Of a stretch of DNA of 64,000 bases, positions 47,624-57,172 are shown in pieces. Below the pieces are notes generated by a model. It ran no database searches, had not been told where the DNA came from, and saw nothing but the letters and a program-made list of their open reading frames with translations. This DNA is from Candidatus Latescibacterota bacterium (GTDB lineage: Bacteria; Latescibacterota; UBA2968; GCA-2709665). Position 1 is the stretch's first letter. Each line of letters begins with the position of its first letter. The stretch is from the NCBI GenBank assembly GCA_965248435.1, contig OZ252100.1, forward strand, positions 128,001-192,000, in the 5' to 3' direction. The position numbers and the translations under genes are program-made.

Positions 47624-48076
47624 CTACTGCTCTGAAAGATTCTGATACATGTCCGAAATGTGAAGATCGAACGGTTCATGGGCAGAGTTCTTTTCCGCTT
47701 TTCGAAAGATCGTCTGACACGCATAGCACACGGTGACTTCTGGAAGCAGCCAGTAGAGCAGAAGGTCGATCAGCGCACCCGCCGCCAGGCTGTAGTAGAA
47801 GTAAAACGGCCGGTCCAACCCGACGAACACCAACCCGAGAAGCGCAAAAAAGAGCATGATGCCGATCCCCACTCTTTGGTTGAAGTCGCGTTGGACATAG
47901 AAGTCAACGTTTCCGCATCCCGGGCAGGCGTCGACCTTGTTTTCCTGGCGTATAGTCTCGGAAATCTTCAGTGAGATCTCTCGATCACATTCGTGACACG
48001 ACACAGCCTCCTGGACGTCATTCGAAGGGACGCTGATTTCGGTCTCGCAGTTTGGACAACGGAGTGAGATGATCAA
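47624..48076 (-). CDS. Zn-ribbon membrane protein
   Basis: CPNC, CHEC, CPGC..FYVQRDF, two TMs, CYAC. Confidence 0.7.
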   Translation of the reverse strand: MIISLRCPNCETEISVPSNDVQEAVSCHECDREISLKISETIRQENKVDACPGCGNVDFYVQRDFNQRVGIGIMLFFALLGLVFVGLDRPFYFYYSLAAGALIDLLLYWLLPEVTVCYACQTIFRKAEKNSAHEPFDLHISDMYQNLSEQ

Positions 48077-48078
48077 GG

Positions 48079-48873
48079 CTAGACCGGGATTGAAGTGTAG
48101 TAGAAGATGAACCTGGAAAAGGCCTCACCGATAAGCACGAGGATTGTCGCCACGTAGAGCAGACCCGTTGCCGATTGGGTGGAGTGGATCTTCACGGTCT
48201 CCCAGGTCATAAAAATGATTACGAGGAGACCCACGATCCCGAAGAGAACTCGCGACCAGAAGAATATGCCCTGAAGCCCGAAGAAGGAGGCAAGAATCAG
48301 ACGGGGTTCGTCACCGGCAGCCGTCCAAAACAGGAAAAACGTGATGCCCAGAAGCAAAACTTTTGCAATGATCGTGACGACCATCAAGAGGGACATCGAG
48401 CGCAGCGGCCGTATCGCAAGCGTGGGCACGGTAAGGTAGTAGTGACCCAGAACCATGGCAAAGACAACGCTGCCCAGTAACAGTGAAGATAGCAGGAAGT
48501 GGAGGGCAGTGAGGAGCGGGGCCCAGGCGGGGAAATCTGCGGGTACCCTCTGGATTCCATCCAGCACGATCCCGAGGGACCCTGCCAGTCCGCTCGAGGC
48601 CAGGAGAGGTTTCTGCCAGCTCGAGCGTTCGATGATCACCGAAACCACAAAACCGAGATTCACCACCCATGCAAGGACGAGCAGAAGGAAGAATTTGGAC
48701 AGAAACGGGTCCGGCGTCGGTACTACAAGCAGTGCAAGGGCCAGCATCACCAGCGTCGTGAACCCGCAGAACCTGAAGAAGTCCCTTCCTGCCGCGGGCG
48801 GCACGAGCAGGATCGAGATGAGCCCCCCCACGGCGAGTTGACTGAAGATGAGATAAGTGATCGTAAGGAGCAT
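48079..48873 (-). CDS. polytopic membrane protein (DmsC-like anchor family, tentative)
   Basis: About 8 TM helices; MVLGHYYL and TQSATGLLY..GE motifs. Confidence 0.55.
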   Translation of the reverse strand: MLLTITYLIFSQLAVGGLISILLVPPAAGRDFFRFCGFTTLVMLALALLVVPTPDPFLSKFFLLLVLAWVVNLGFVVSVIIERSSWQKPLLASSGLAGSLGIVLDGIQRVPADFPAWAPLLTALHFLLSSLLLGSVVFAMVLGHYYLTVPTLAIRPLRSMSLLMVVTIIAKVLLLGITFFLFWTAAGDEPRLILASFFGLQGIFFWSRVLFGIVGLLVIIFMTWETVKIHSTQSATGLLYVATILVLIGEAFSRFIFYYTSIPV

Positions 48874-49000
48874 GGCGTAATCAAGGCTTCAGGAGTTGAA
48901 ACTCTGGGGCCTTAAATATAGTATGCCTGGTGCGCTGCCACAACTGATCCGAGGCTCGATTGAGGTGGGGTCCAGGCCGATCTTGGGTCCGAAAAAGGCG

Positions 49001-50458
49001 ATGTCCATTCCATCCGAAGTCAAGCGCGTGACCGACACGATCTGGGAAGTCCCTGTGTCTCACAAAGAGGGGATGCGGGTCCCGGCACGTATCTACGCAA
49101 CCGAGAAGCTGATGGGGCAGATGGACGCGGGTGTGATCGATCAGGTCACGAACGTGGCGACGCTGCCTGGTATCTTGAAGTACGCCTATTGTATGCCGGA
49201 TGCCCACTGGGGCTACGGTTTTCCGATCGGCGGCGTCGCGGCGACCGATGCAGGCGAAGGGGTGATCTCACCGGGGGGCGTCGGTTTCGACATCAACTGC
49301 GGCATGCGGCTCGTACGAACGAACCTGACACACGATGAAGTCAAACCGCATCTCAAGAAACTTGTCGATTCACTGTTTAAGCGTGTCCCGGCAGGCGTAG
49401 GCTGCAAGGGGTTCGTTCGCCTGTCGCACGACGAGTTCCGCACGGTCGTCGAACAGGGATCGGCCTGGTGTATCCAAAACGGATATGGTTGGGAAGAGGA
49501 CCTTGATCTGACGGAGGAAAGAGGGTGCATCAGCGGGTCCGATGCTGGAAAGATCAGTCAGAAGGCCGTCGAGCGGGGGTTCAATCAGATCGGGACGCTT
49601 GGATCCGGGAATCACTATCTGGAGATCCAGGTGGCCAGGCCGGAGTATGTTTACGACAAGGCGTTGGCGAAGGCGTTCGGCATCGAAATCCCGAATCAGG
49701 TCGTCGTGATGTTTCATTGCGGGAGCCGGGGGTTCGGCCATCAGGTCGCGACGGATTACCTGCGCATCTTTCTTAAGGTGATGCAGAGCAAGTACGGGAT
49801 TCAGGTGAGGGACAGGGAGCTGGCCTGTGCGCCGTTTCGGTCCCCCGAAGGTCAGGACTATTTCGCCGGGATGAATTGCGGGCTGAATATGTCCTTTGCG
49901 AACCGACAGGTGATTCTGCACCGAATCCGAGAGGTGTTTGCCGACGTGATGGGACGCAGTCCGGAGGAAATGGACATGCACATGATCTATGACGTGTCTC
50001 ACAACACGGCAAAGCTGGAGCAACACCTCGTGAATGGAGAAGCGCGCGAAGTGGTCGTCCATCGAAAGGGGGCGACGCGGTCATTCGCGTCCGGCATGCC
50101 GGACGTACCCGAGCGCTACGCGGAGATCGGACAGCCGGTGATCATCGGGGGCAGTATGGAGACGGGGTCCTATCTCCTCGTCGGGGTCCCCGGCAGCGCC
50201 GAGACGTTCTACTCGACTGCCCACGGAAGCGGGCGCGCCATGAGTCGAACGCGCGCGCGAAAGCAGTTCAGAGGACGGGACCTGCAGCGGGATATGGAGG
50301 AGCGGGGGATCTACGTCAAGGCCGCTTCGTTCAGGGGGCTCGCGGAAGAGGCGGGCGGGGCCTATAAGGACATAGATGAGGTGGTCGAAGCAACGACTCA
50401 ATCCGACATCAGCAGGCCGGTGGCTCGGTTCGTCCCTATCGGGAATGTCAAAGGATGA
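49001..50458 (+). CDS. rtcB: RNA ligase RtcB (long, archease-associated type)
   Basis: MPDAHWGYGFPIGG, GFDINCG, GTLGSGNHYLE, HCGSRG, HRKGA, STAHGSGR; ATG 49001. Confidence 0.96.
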   Translation: MSIPSEVKRVTDTIWEVPVSHKEGMRVPARIYATEKLMGQMDAGVIDQVTNVATLPGILKYAYCMPDAHWGYGFPIGGVAATDAGEGVISPGGVGFDINCGMRLVRTNLTHDEVKPHLKKLVDSLFKRVPAGVGCKGFVRLSHDEFRTVVEQGSAWCIQNGYGWEEDLDLTEERGCISGSDAGKISQKAVERGFNQIGTLGSGNHYLEIQVARPEYVYDKALAKAFGIEIPNQVVVMFHCGSRGFGHQVATDYLRIFLKVMQSKYGIQVRDRELACAPFRSPEGQDYFAGMNCGLNMSFANRQVILHRIREVFADVMGRSPEEMDMHMIYDVSHNTAKLEQHLVNGEAREVVVHRKGATRSFASGMPDVPERYAEIGQPVIIGGSMETGSYLLVGVPGSAETFYSTAHGSGRAMSRTRARKQFRGRDLQRDMEERGIYVKAASFRGLAEEAGGAYKDIDEVVEATTQSDISRPVARFVPIGNVKG

Positions 50459-50461
50459 CCG

Positions 50462-51352
50462 ATGAAGACACCGATGATCCTCATCGCGGGTCCACTCGGC
50501 AGCGGAAAGACGACGCTGCTCCGCAGACTGATCGATTCCACAGATCTGAAAACCGCGGTGTTGATGAACGAATTCGGAGAGATCGCGGTCGACAGCCGCG
50601 TGATAAAGGGAAAACATATCGAAGTCGTGGAGCTCTTGGGGGGCTGTGTCTGCTGTTCGTTGATCGGGGCGTTCGAGGCCGCCGTGGAGGAAATCATGTC
50701 CACCCATAACCCCGATCTCCTCATCGCGGAGACCTCCGGCGTGGCCGAGCCGGATTCGGTCGTCTTCGGTGTGGAGGAAGGACTGCCTGACGTTCGGCTG
50801 GACAGTGTCGTTGCGGTCGCGGATGTGGATGGGATGGTCAGGTTTCCCGACCTTGGTTTTGCGACCCGGTTGCAGTTCGAGACGGCTGATCTCATCCTGG
50901 TCAACAAGATCGACCTTGCGACCGATGCGGACACAACGCAAGTCGAGAGCCGCCTGGATGAAATCAACTCGATCGCCCAGAAGTTCAGAACGGTTCGCTG
51001 CGAGATCGATCCCAGGCTTCTCCTGGGAACGGAAGAAGGGCACAGGTCGAGAACGAGGAAAGTGGTCAAGGCCCACGATCGGGTTTCAGAAGTGCAGTCC
51101 TTTTCCTATACGTCGGCAGGTCGCGTAGACCTGGAGAAATTCGAGGCCGTCGTCGACGGGCTTCTTCCGGACATCTACAGGGCGAAAGGATTCCTCCGCT
51201 GCCAGAATCGGGGTCTCATGTTCAACTTTGTCGCTGGACGCTGGGAACTCGAGCCGTTTCCCGCGGAGCGGACCGAGCTGGTGTTCATCGGCCGCAATGC
51301 GGACCAGGTCCAGGCGTCCGTCCAGCGCGAGATCCGCGCGTGTGAGATTTGA
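50462..51352 (+). CDS. COG0523/CobW-family G3E P-loop GTPase (metallochaperone)
   Basis: GPLGSGKTT, NEFGE, GCVCC, ETSG, NKID, CobW_C RAKG. Confidence 0.92.
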   Translation: MKTPMILIAGPLGSGKTTLLRRLIDSTDLKTAVLMNEFGEIAVDSRVIKGKHIEVVELLGGCVCCSLIGAFEAAVEEIMSTHNPDLLIAETSGVAEPDSVVFGVEEGLPDVRLDSVVAVADVDGMVRFPDLGFATRLQFETADLILVNKIDLATDADTTQVESRLDEINSIAQKFRTVRCEIDPRLLLGTEEGHRSRTRKVVKAHDRVSEVQSFSYTSAGRVDLEKFEAVVDGLLPDIYRAKGFLRCQNRGLMFNFVAGRWELEPFPAERTELVFIGRNADQVQASVQREIRACEI

Positions 51353-51372
51353 CGATTTTGGACCGGGTAGAG

Positions 51373-51813
51373 ATGTCTAAATCCTCCTACAAATTCCTGG
51401 ATGATATCGCGATTGCCGATGCGGCCTTCGAGGCGCGGGGTGATACGCCGGAGGCCCTTTTCGTGGCCGCGGCGGATGCAACGCTCAACGTGATGGTGGA
51501 AAATCTGGATGCGGTCGCGGCTCAGACAAAACGGCCGTTCCGGTTCCAGTCCAAAGATCTCGACCTCCTCCTGTTCGACCTGCTGCAGGAGGTGATCTTT
51601 TTCAAGGACGCCGAGCGGCTCCTGCTCAGGGTAGGTCACATCCAGATCGAGCAGGGCAAGGATGTCAGCACGGCATCGGGTGACCTCGTAGGCGAAGTGA
51701 TGGATCCAGAGAGACACGACCTCGTCGTAGACGTCAAGGCGGTCACCCTCCACGAGTTCCGCGTTGCAAGAGACAAGCGCGGGTGGAACGCATTCGTGAT
51801 TCTGGACATCTGA
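51373..51813 (+). CDS. archease
   Basis: YKFLD..AIAD..F.A.G, LL..LL.E, VDVKAVTLH, C-terminal LDI. Confidence 0.92.
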   Translation: MSKSSYKFLDDIAIADAAFEARGDTPEALFVAAADATLNVMVENLDAVAAQTKRPFRFQSKDLDLLLFDLLQEVIFFKDAERLLLRVGHIQIEQGKDVSTASGDLVGEVMDPERHDLVVDVKAVTLHEFRVARDKRGWNAFVILDI

Positions 51814-52427
51814 TGCGGATCGGCGGCGTTGTGCTCTGCGGAGGAGAGAGTCGTCGAATGGGACGCCCGAAGGCGTGGCTCCCTTTCGGGAACGAGGTGA
51901 TGCTTCAGCGGGTCGTGCGAGTCCTCGCAGGGGTCGTGGATCCCGTCCTCGTGGTCTCGGGTGTGGGGCAGGACCTGCCCGACCTGCCCGGCGGGGTGGA
52001 AGTGGCGCAGGACGAAGTGCCCGACAAGGGTCCCCTTCAAGCGTTGGCAAACGGGCTAAAACTGTTTTCGGGGCGCGTCGAGGCCGTCTACGCCACCTCG
52101 TGCGACGTCCCGCTCCTGGAGCCGGAATTCGTCTCCCATCTGGCAGCATTGCTCGATAATTTCGAAGCGGTGGCGCCCGAGGAAGGCGACAGGGCACATC
52201 CTCTTGCTGCCGTCTACCGCGTTTCGGTTTTGTCGAAGGCTGAGGAACTGCTCGGAGACGGGCACCTCCGGCTGAGCATGCTGTTGGATCGCTGCCGGAC
52301 TCGGCGGGTTCAGGTTCAAGATCTGCAGGGGGTAGATTCGACCCTTCAGTCTCTGCGAAACGTGAACACGCCGGAGGACTACGCCTCCCTGCTGGAGCAG
52401 GCCGGACTCACGCCTCCGGAGGGTTGA
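51813..52427 (+). CDS. mobA: molybdenum cofactor guanylyltransferase
   Basis: LCGGESRRMG..KA.L, GPL, SCDVP, HPL.AVY, NVNTPED; TGATG overlap with archease. Confidence 0.88.
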   Translation: MRIGGVVLCGGESRRMGRPKAWLPFGNEVMLQRVVRVLAGVVDPVLVVSGVGQDLPDLPGGVEVAQDEVPDKGPLQALANGLKLFSGRVEAVYATSCDVPLLEPEFVSHLAALLDNFEAVAPEEGDRAHPLAAVYRVSVLSKAEELLGDGHLRLSMLLDRCRTRRVQVQDLQGVDSTLQSLRNVNTPEDYASLLEQAGLTPPEG

Positions 52428-52505
52428 TAGGGTTAAATTTCGTATGTATATTGGCATCTATTGTTGCCGTAGGAAATTCATTGTGATGTAAGAGAGGAGA
52501 TCGAG

Positions 52506-52811
52506 ATGCCCAAAGAGGACAAGACGCTCGTTAGCGATGAAGAGATTCAGACCGCGGTCGCAGACCTTGCGGGTTGGGAGTATGATGCATCCAGGAAGGA
52601 GTTGAGGCGTGTCTGGAAGTTTGAGAAATTCGTTCCCACGATGGTTTTTGTGAGGAAACTGACCGAGATCATGGACAGCAACAACCACCACTCAGATCTT
52701 CACCTGGACAGTCGGAGCAAGACCCTGACGGTGACGGTGACGACCCACAGCGAAAACGCCGTGACGCGCGCTGATCTGGATTTCGCGGGTGCTGTGAATG
52801 CTGAAGCGTAG
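52506..52811 (+). CDS. pterin-4-alpha-carbinolamine dehydratase family
   Basis: LAGW, F..FV, NHHSD, TTHS..VT..D..A. Confidence 0.88.
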   Translation: MPKEDKTLVSDEEIQTAVADLAGWEYDASRKELRRVWKFEKFVPTMVFVRKLTEIMDSNNHHSDLHLDSRSKTLTVTVTTHSENAVTRADLDFAGAVNAEA

Positions 52812-52838
52812 CGGGTGGGTTTTGGCGGGTGGGTTTTT

Positions 52839-52876
52839 CGGCCTCTGAGAGTGTGTCTCACAGAGGCCGTTTTTTT
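52839..52876 (+). terminator. intrinsic terminator
   Basis: CGGCCTCTG..CAGAGGCCG-TTTTTTT. Confidence 0.8.
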
Positions 52877-52891
52877 GTCTTGAAGGAGCGC

Positions 52892-54865
52892 TCAGGCGCT
52901 CGGGTCTAGACTGCGTATTGTTTGCTCGACCCGATCTCGGGTACTCGGGTCAGAGTCCCAATATTTGAGAAAGGCCTGGTAGTGCTGAATGGCCAACGCC
53001 GCGTCCCCTTCGGAACGCAGGAGATTGGCGATATGATAATGCGCGATCGCCAGGTCGGGCTTGAGCCGAAGCGCAGTTTCGAACGCTTTGCGGGCCTCCG
53101 CGTTGCGTCCTTCCTGGGCGTAGACCGCACCCAGGTTGCAGAAGACGCCGGGGTGCCTGTAGTTCCCTGAGATGGCCCTTTCGTAGGCCGCGTGTGCGCC
53201 TCGCAGATCCCCACGACGCTGGTAGATCACGCCGAGGGTGTTGTGGAGTTGGGCGAGGTTCGGGGAGAGGCTTAGCGCGGTCTTGAACGCCTCTTCAGCC
53301 TCCTCGGGCTTGCCCACGCCCATGTAGGCTTCACCCAGTGCGGTCCAGGCCTCCACGAATGTCGGCTTCAACCTCACGGCCTTGAGGTAGTAGCTAAGGG
53401 CCTTTTGCGGTTCCTGAAGTCTCCAGTAGGCATCTGCGAGACGGTAGTGGACGATGGGATAGTCGGCCTTGATGCTCAGTATCGAATGATACTCGAACAC
53501 GGCGAGGAGCCAATCCCCGCGGTTCTCGAATACAGACGCCAGGTTCAAATGGGCGCGAACGGACCGTGGAGATTCCGCTACAGCGCTTCTAAACAGCGTT
53601 TCGTCGTCGAGCCAGTCTCTGTTCCTGAGGAGGGTTCGCCAGGTGCCCGCAGCTAAGAGCAGGACGGCAAGGCTAACCGCGATCTTTCGTCCCATCGGCG
53701 TTCCCATCCAGGAGGGCCGAAGACGGAGAGCCGCAAGTCCCAAAACCAGGCAGAATCCCGCCGAAGGAAAATAGAGATAGCGCTCCGAGAGAATGCTCCC
53801 CGATGGGAAAAGAGGGTTCAGACTCACGGCCAGCGGGAATACGAGCAATGCGGCGCCAAACATCCCGATGCGACAGCGCCGCCAACCTCTCACGATGACA
53901 AATCCGACCAGGACAAACAACCCGGCGGCAAGGAGAAAGCTGCCGTGAAGGGGTGTTGTGATGACCGATATCTGATTGAATCCATAATCCACAGAGAGCG
54001 TCCCTGGAACGGTAAGGAGTCGCGCGTAGTGCAGGGCGATCACTGGAAGCGTCATCACGCGAACCGCCAAATCTTCCCCTACAAGTGGATTGTCCATCGG
54101 GGAGGGCGGTACGGGACGCAGGTTCCCGACGGCGACCATCCTGAGAATCAGGAAGAGCCCGAGGGAGGTGAGGACCCAGACGTGGTGGGACCTCATTCGG
54201 CGCCAGAGGAAAGAGATCATCCCCCGTGAGGCCGCCGGCCTCCAGATCAGGTCACAGAAAAGGAGAAGGCCGGGCAGTACGAGGGCCGTTTCTTTTGCGC
54301 AAAGGGAGAAAAGGACCGCCAGGGCCGTCCCGAATCGAGAGACCCATCCCTTCTGGACGAACAGCAACAGGGCCGTCAGTCCGAACACGCTGAACAGGAG
54401 ATCGGAACGCCCTGAAATGTGCGCGACCGCCTCGGTGTGAACGGGGTGTACTGCAAACAGGAGTGCGGCGAACAGGGCAGGCACTGCGCGGCGAAGCAGC
54501 CTCCGGCAAAGCAGGAAGACCAGCAGAGTAGTGAGCCCGTGCAGGAAGACGTTCGTCAGATGATAGCCGAAGGGATTGTCTGCCCAGACGGCATAATCCA
54601 GCGCCAGGCTGAGGACCGTGAGGGGACGATAGTAGGTACCGCTCCCATCCTGGGCGAACCCCTTCCAATATTCAGCCCCGAAGATCCCGAACAGATCAAC
54701 CTGCTTGACCGCCTCGTTTTGAAGCAGGACGAAGTGGTCGTCATACACGAATCCGTTGCCCAGGCTGTTGATGTAGACGAACCCGGCGACGAAGACGGCT
54801 ATGAGTCCAGGCAGGACGTGGCTTGTGACCAGGCGGTGGTGAGCCAGACTTCGCAAAACCTGCAT
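52892..54865 (-). CDS. TMTC-like (DUF1736) GT-C membrane glycosyltransferase with TPR repeats
   Basis: FVYDD, YYRPLT, HPVHTEAV..ISGR, AKET, LSVDY, ERYLY, W.D..LF, then multiple TPRs. Confidence 0.85.
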   Translation of the reverse strand: MQVLRSLAHHRLVTSHVLPGLIAVFVAGFVYINSLGNGFVYDDHFVLLQNEAVKQVDLFGIFGAEYWKGFAQDGSGTYYRPLTVLSLALDYAVWADNPFGYHLTNVFLHGLTTLLVFLLCRRLLRRAVPALFAALLFAVHPVHTEAVAHISGRSDLLFSVFGLTALLLFVQKGWVSRFGTALAVLFSLCAKETALVLPGLLLFCDLIWRPAASRGMISFLWRRMRSHHVWVLTSLGLFLILRMVAVGNLRPVPPSPMDNPLVGEDLAVRVMTLPVIALHYARLLTVPGTLSVDYGFNQISVITTPLHGSFLLAAGLFVLVGFVIVRGWRRCRIGMFGAALLVFPLAVSLNPLFPSGSILSERYLYFPSAGFCLVLGLAALRLRPSWMGTPMGRKIAVSLAVLLLAAGTWRTLLRNRDWLDDETLFRSAVAESPRSVRAHLNLASVFENRGDWLLAVFEYHSILSIKADYPIVHYRLADAYWRLQEPQKALSYYLKAVRLKPTFVEAWTALGEAYMGVGKPEEAEEAFKTALSLSPNLAQLHNTLGVIYQRRGDLRGAHAAYERAISGNYRHPGVFCNLGAVYAQEGRNAEARKAFETALRLKPDLAIAHYHIANLLRSEGDAALAIQHYQAFLKYWDSDPSTRDRVEQTIRSLDPSA

Positions 54866-55078
54866 CTGAATCTCCTGTAACGGTTTCAGGCGCAGGCAAT
54901 GTGCTCGGCTCGGTGTGTTGTACTTCCCCTAACTATTATCGATAGGGTGTGAAAAAACTTTAGGCGAAATGGACGGGTATAATGTCTAGTCGTTCATAAA
55001 AGATCCCAGGCATTAGATTATATAATCGATGTAACCTGCTCAAGCGCAAATGATTATATAAATCACTTATACCGTTCG

Positions 55079-55107
55079 TTGACTTCTATCAGCGGGCTTC
55101 TTACATT
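55079..55107 (+). promoter_or_regulatory. sigma70 promoter of the yitJ-like gene
   Basis: TTGACT-17nt-TACATT. Confidence 0.55.
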
Positions 55108-55154
55108 TCATCAGCGGGCGGATTCTGGATGCTCAGCGTGAAGAAAGGGACCTT

Positions 55155-57053
55155 TTGATGGGTGCCAAGCGGGGACAAGACCTCCTTCAGCAGTTGGAGC
55201 ACGAGGTCTTTGTAGCAGACGGTGCGATGGGCACGGTGCTCTGCGCCCGCGGCATCCCCTGGAATGCCTGCCTGGAAGGGGTCAACCTCACTCGGCCGGA
55301 CCTGGTGAAGGCCATTCACCTGGAGTATGTCGAGGCCGGCAGCGGTCTGGTTGAGAGCAACACGTTTGGGGCCAATCGAAACAAGCTCGCCGCTGCCGAC
55401 ATGGCGGACAAGGCCGGTGAGATCAATGCCGCTGGGGTCCGACTGGCCCGGTCGGCCATTCCCGAAGAGGTCTATCTCGCCGGGTCTGTCGGGCCCTTCG
55501 GCCGAATCGAATCGAACGAGGAAGTCAGCGACGAAACACGGTATGAAACGTTTCGGTCGCAGATCGAGGTCCTGCTCGAAGAGGGGGTGGACGTCATCCT
55601 CTTGGAGACCTTTTCTCAGGTTCAGGAGCTAAAACTGGCCCTTCAGGCCGTCAAGGACCTGGATTCGGAGATCCCTGTGATCTGCCAGATGGCGTTCACA
55701 GACGTGCTCAGATCCGAGGGCGGCGCCGACACCGTGCGTGCGCTCCTTGATTTCGAGCGTCTCGGGGCCTCGGTGATCGGGGGCAACTGCGGAGCCGGGC
55801 CTCTAGGGCTTATCCGGGTCGTGGAAGGGATCGCCCCACTCACCCGCGCGAAGCTCTCAGCGCAACCGAACGCCGGTTACCCGCAATATGTGAACGGACG
55901 GTCCATCTATCTGTCCGACCCGAGCTATTTCGCGGAAAGTGCAGAAAGGCTTGTGAATGCGGGCGCAAATCTGGTCGGGGGGTGCTGCGGGACGACGCCG
56001 GATCACATCCGGGGAGTCGTCGAGCGGGTTGGGGGACGGCCTCCGGCCGGAAGGCGCGTCGGAAGGGCCCCGGGGCCACCCACCAGACCCCGGCGCAGGC
56101 CAAGCCGGCAAAGCCGGCCGAGCCTGCCGAGGCGCCCCGGGATCTACAGCCCGATAGACCGAGTTGGAACGACCAAGGTCGTGATCGTAGAGGTCAAGCC
56201 TCCGCGAGGGATGGCGATGGGTGCGGTGCGGAGGGCGGCGAAGCGCCTGAAAGAAGCCGGCGTCGATGCATACAGTCTGGTTGAGAGTTCATTGGCCCAG
56301 GTCCGCATGAATCCCTTCGCCGTCGGCCACCTCCTCCAGGAAGAGTTCGGGATTGCGGCCGTCGTGCACTGCACCTGCAGAGACCGAAACCTTATGGGGC
56401 AGCAGTCTGAACTTACAGGGGCGGTGCCTCTCGGGATTCGCACCGTGTTGGCCCTGACCGGAGATCCGGCCTCGATGGGGGATGCGTCAGGTTCAAGCTC
56501 GGTCTACGATACGAATTCCCTGGGTTTGATCGAACTGACCGCCAACCTGAACCGCAGCGTCAATGTGGCGGGGAATCCGATCAGCGGGTCGGCTAACTTC
56601 GTCATCGGCGCAGGTTTTGACCCGAATGTCTCCCGTCTGGATCCAGCGATCAAAAGACTGGAAAAGAAGGTCCAGATCGGGGCCCGGTTTGCCATGACGC
56701 AGCCAGTGTTCGATCCCCGGCGCGCCACCGAGATCTACGACGCCACGGCCCACCTCAACATCCCGATCTTTCTGGGCGTGATGCCGCTTATCTCCCACCG
56801 GAATGCCATCTTTCTGCACAATGAGGTCCCTGGGATACGGATTCCGCCCGAGACGCTCACGCGGATGGCGTCGGCCGGAGAGGATGCCGCCGCAGAGGAA
56901 GGATTCGCAGTTGCCAGGGAAATCATCGATGCGGCTCTGGATTCTGCCCCTGGATTCTACATCATGCCTCAATTGGAAAACTATCAAACCGCGGCCAGAC
57001 TCGTCCGGTACGTCAAACAGGGCTCCGAGAAGCTGAAATTACAGGACGTCTAG
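55155..57053 (+). CDS. yitJ: bifunctional homocysteine S-methyltransferase / 5,10-methylenetetrahydrofolate reductase
   Basis: DGAMGT, NTFGAN, LETF, GGNC, PNAG, GGCCGTTP; then HCTCRDRN, LALTGDP, TQPVFD, HNEVPGI. Confidence 0.9.
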   Translation: MMGAKRGQDLLQQLEHEVFVADGAMGTVLCARGIPWNACLEGVNLTRPDLVKAIHLEYVEAGSGLVESNTFGANRNKLAAADMADKAGEINAAGVRLARSAIPEEVYLAGSVGPFGRIESNEEVSDETRYETFRSQIEVLLEEGVDVILLETFSQVQELKLALQAVKDLDSEIPVICQMAFTDVLRSEGGADTVRALLDFERLGASVIGGNCGAGPLGLIRVVEGIAPLTRAKLSAQPNAGYPQYVNGRSIYLSDPSYFAESAERLVNAGANLVGGCCGTTPDHIRGVVERVGGRPPAGRRVGRAPGPPTRPRRRPSRQSRPSLPRRPGIYSPIDRVGTTKVVIVEVKPPRGMAMGAVRRAAKRLKEAGVDAYSLVESSLAQVRMNPFAVGHLLQEEFGIAAVVHCTCRDRNLMGQQSELTGAVPLGIRTVLALTGDPASMGDASGSSSVYDTNSLGLIELTANLNRSVNVAGNPISGSANFVIGAGFDPNVSRLDPAIKRLEKKVQIGARFAMTQPVFDPRRATEIYDATAHLNIPIFLGVMPLISHRNAIFLHNEVPGIRIPPETLTRMASAGEDAAAEEGFAVAREIIDAALDSAPGFYIMPQLENYQTAARLVRYVKQGSEKLKLQDV

Positions 57054-57172
57054 CAGAACCCTGATGATCTTGTTGAAGATTTGGGGGTTGCCAGATCTGG
57101 AAATTTGCTTATTTTCGTATTTCATTAGTAAAGACATGTTTCCGCTCAATTGACCATCAAAGGAGGAAAGGA

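Noticed and set aside
14195-50458. Functional link between the RloC-like ATPase (tRNA cutter) and RtcB (RNA repair)
   Set aside because: They are more than 30 kb apart, one in a mobile island and one in the backbone, with no shared regulation visible
54866-55154. SAM riboswitch upstream of the yitJ-like gene
   Set aside because: No recognisable SAM-I core, and the predicted promoter leaves a leader of only about 40 nt
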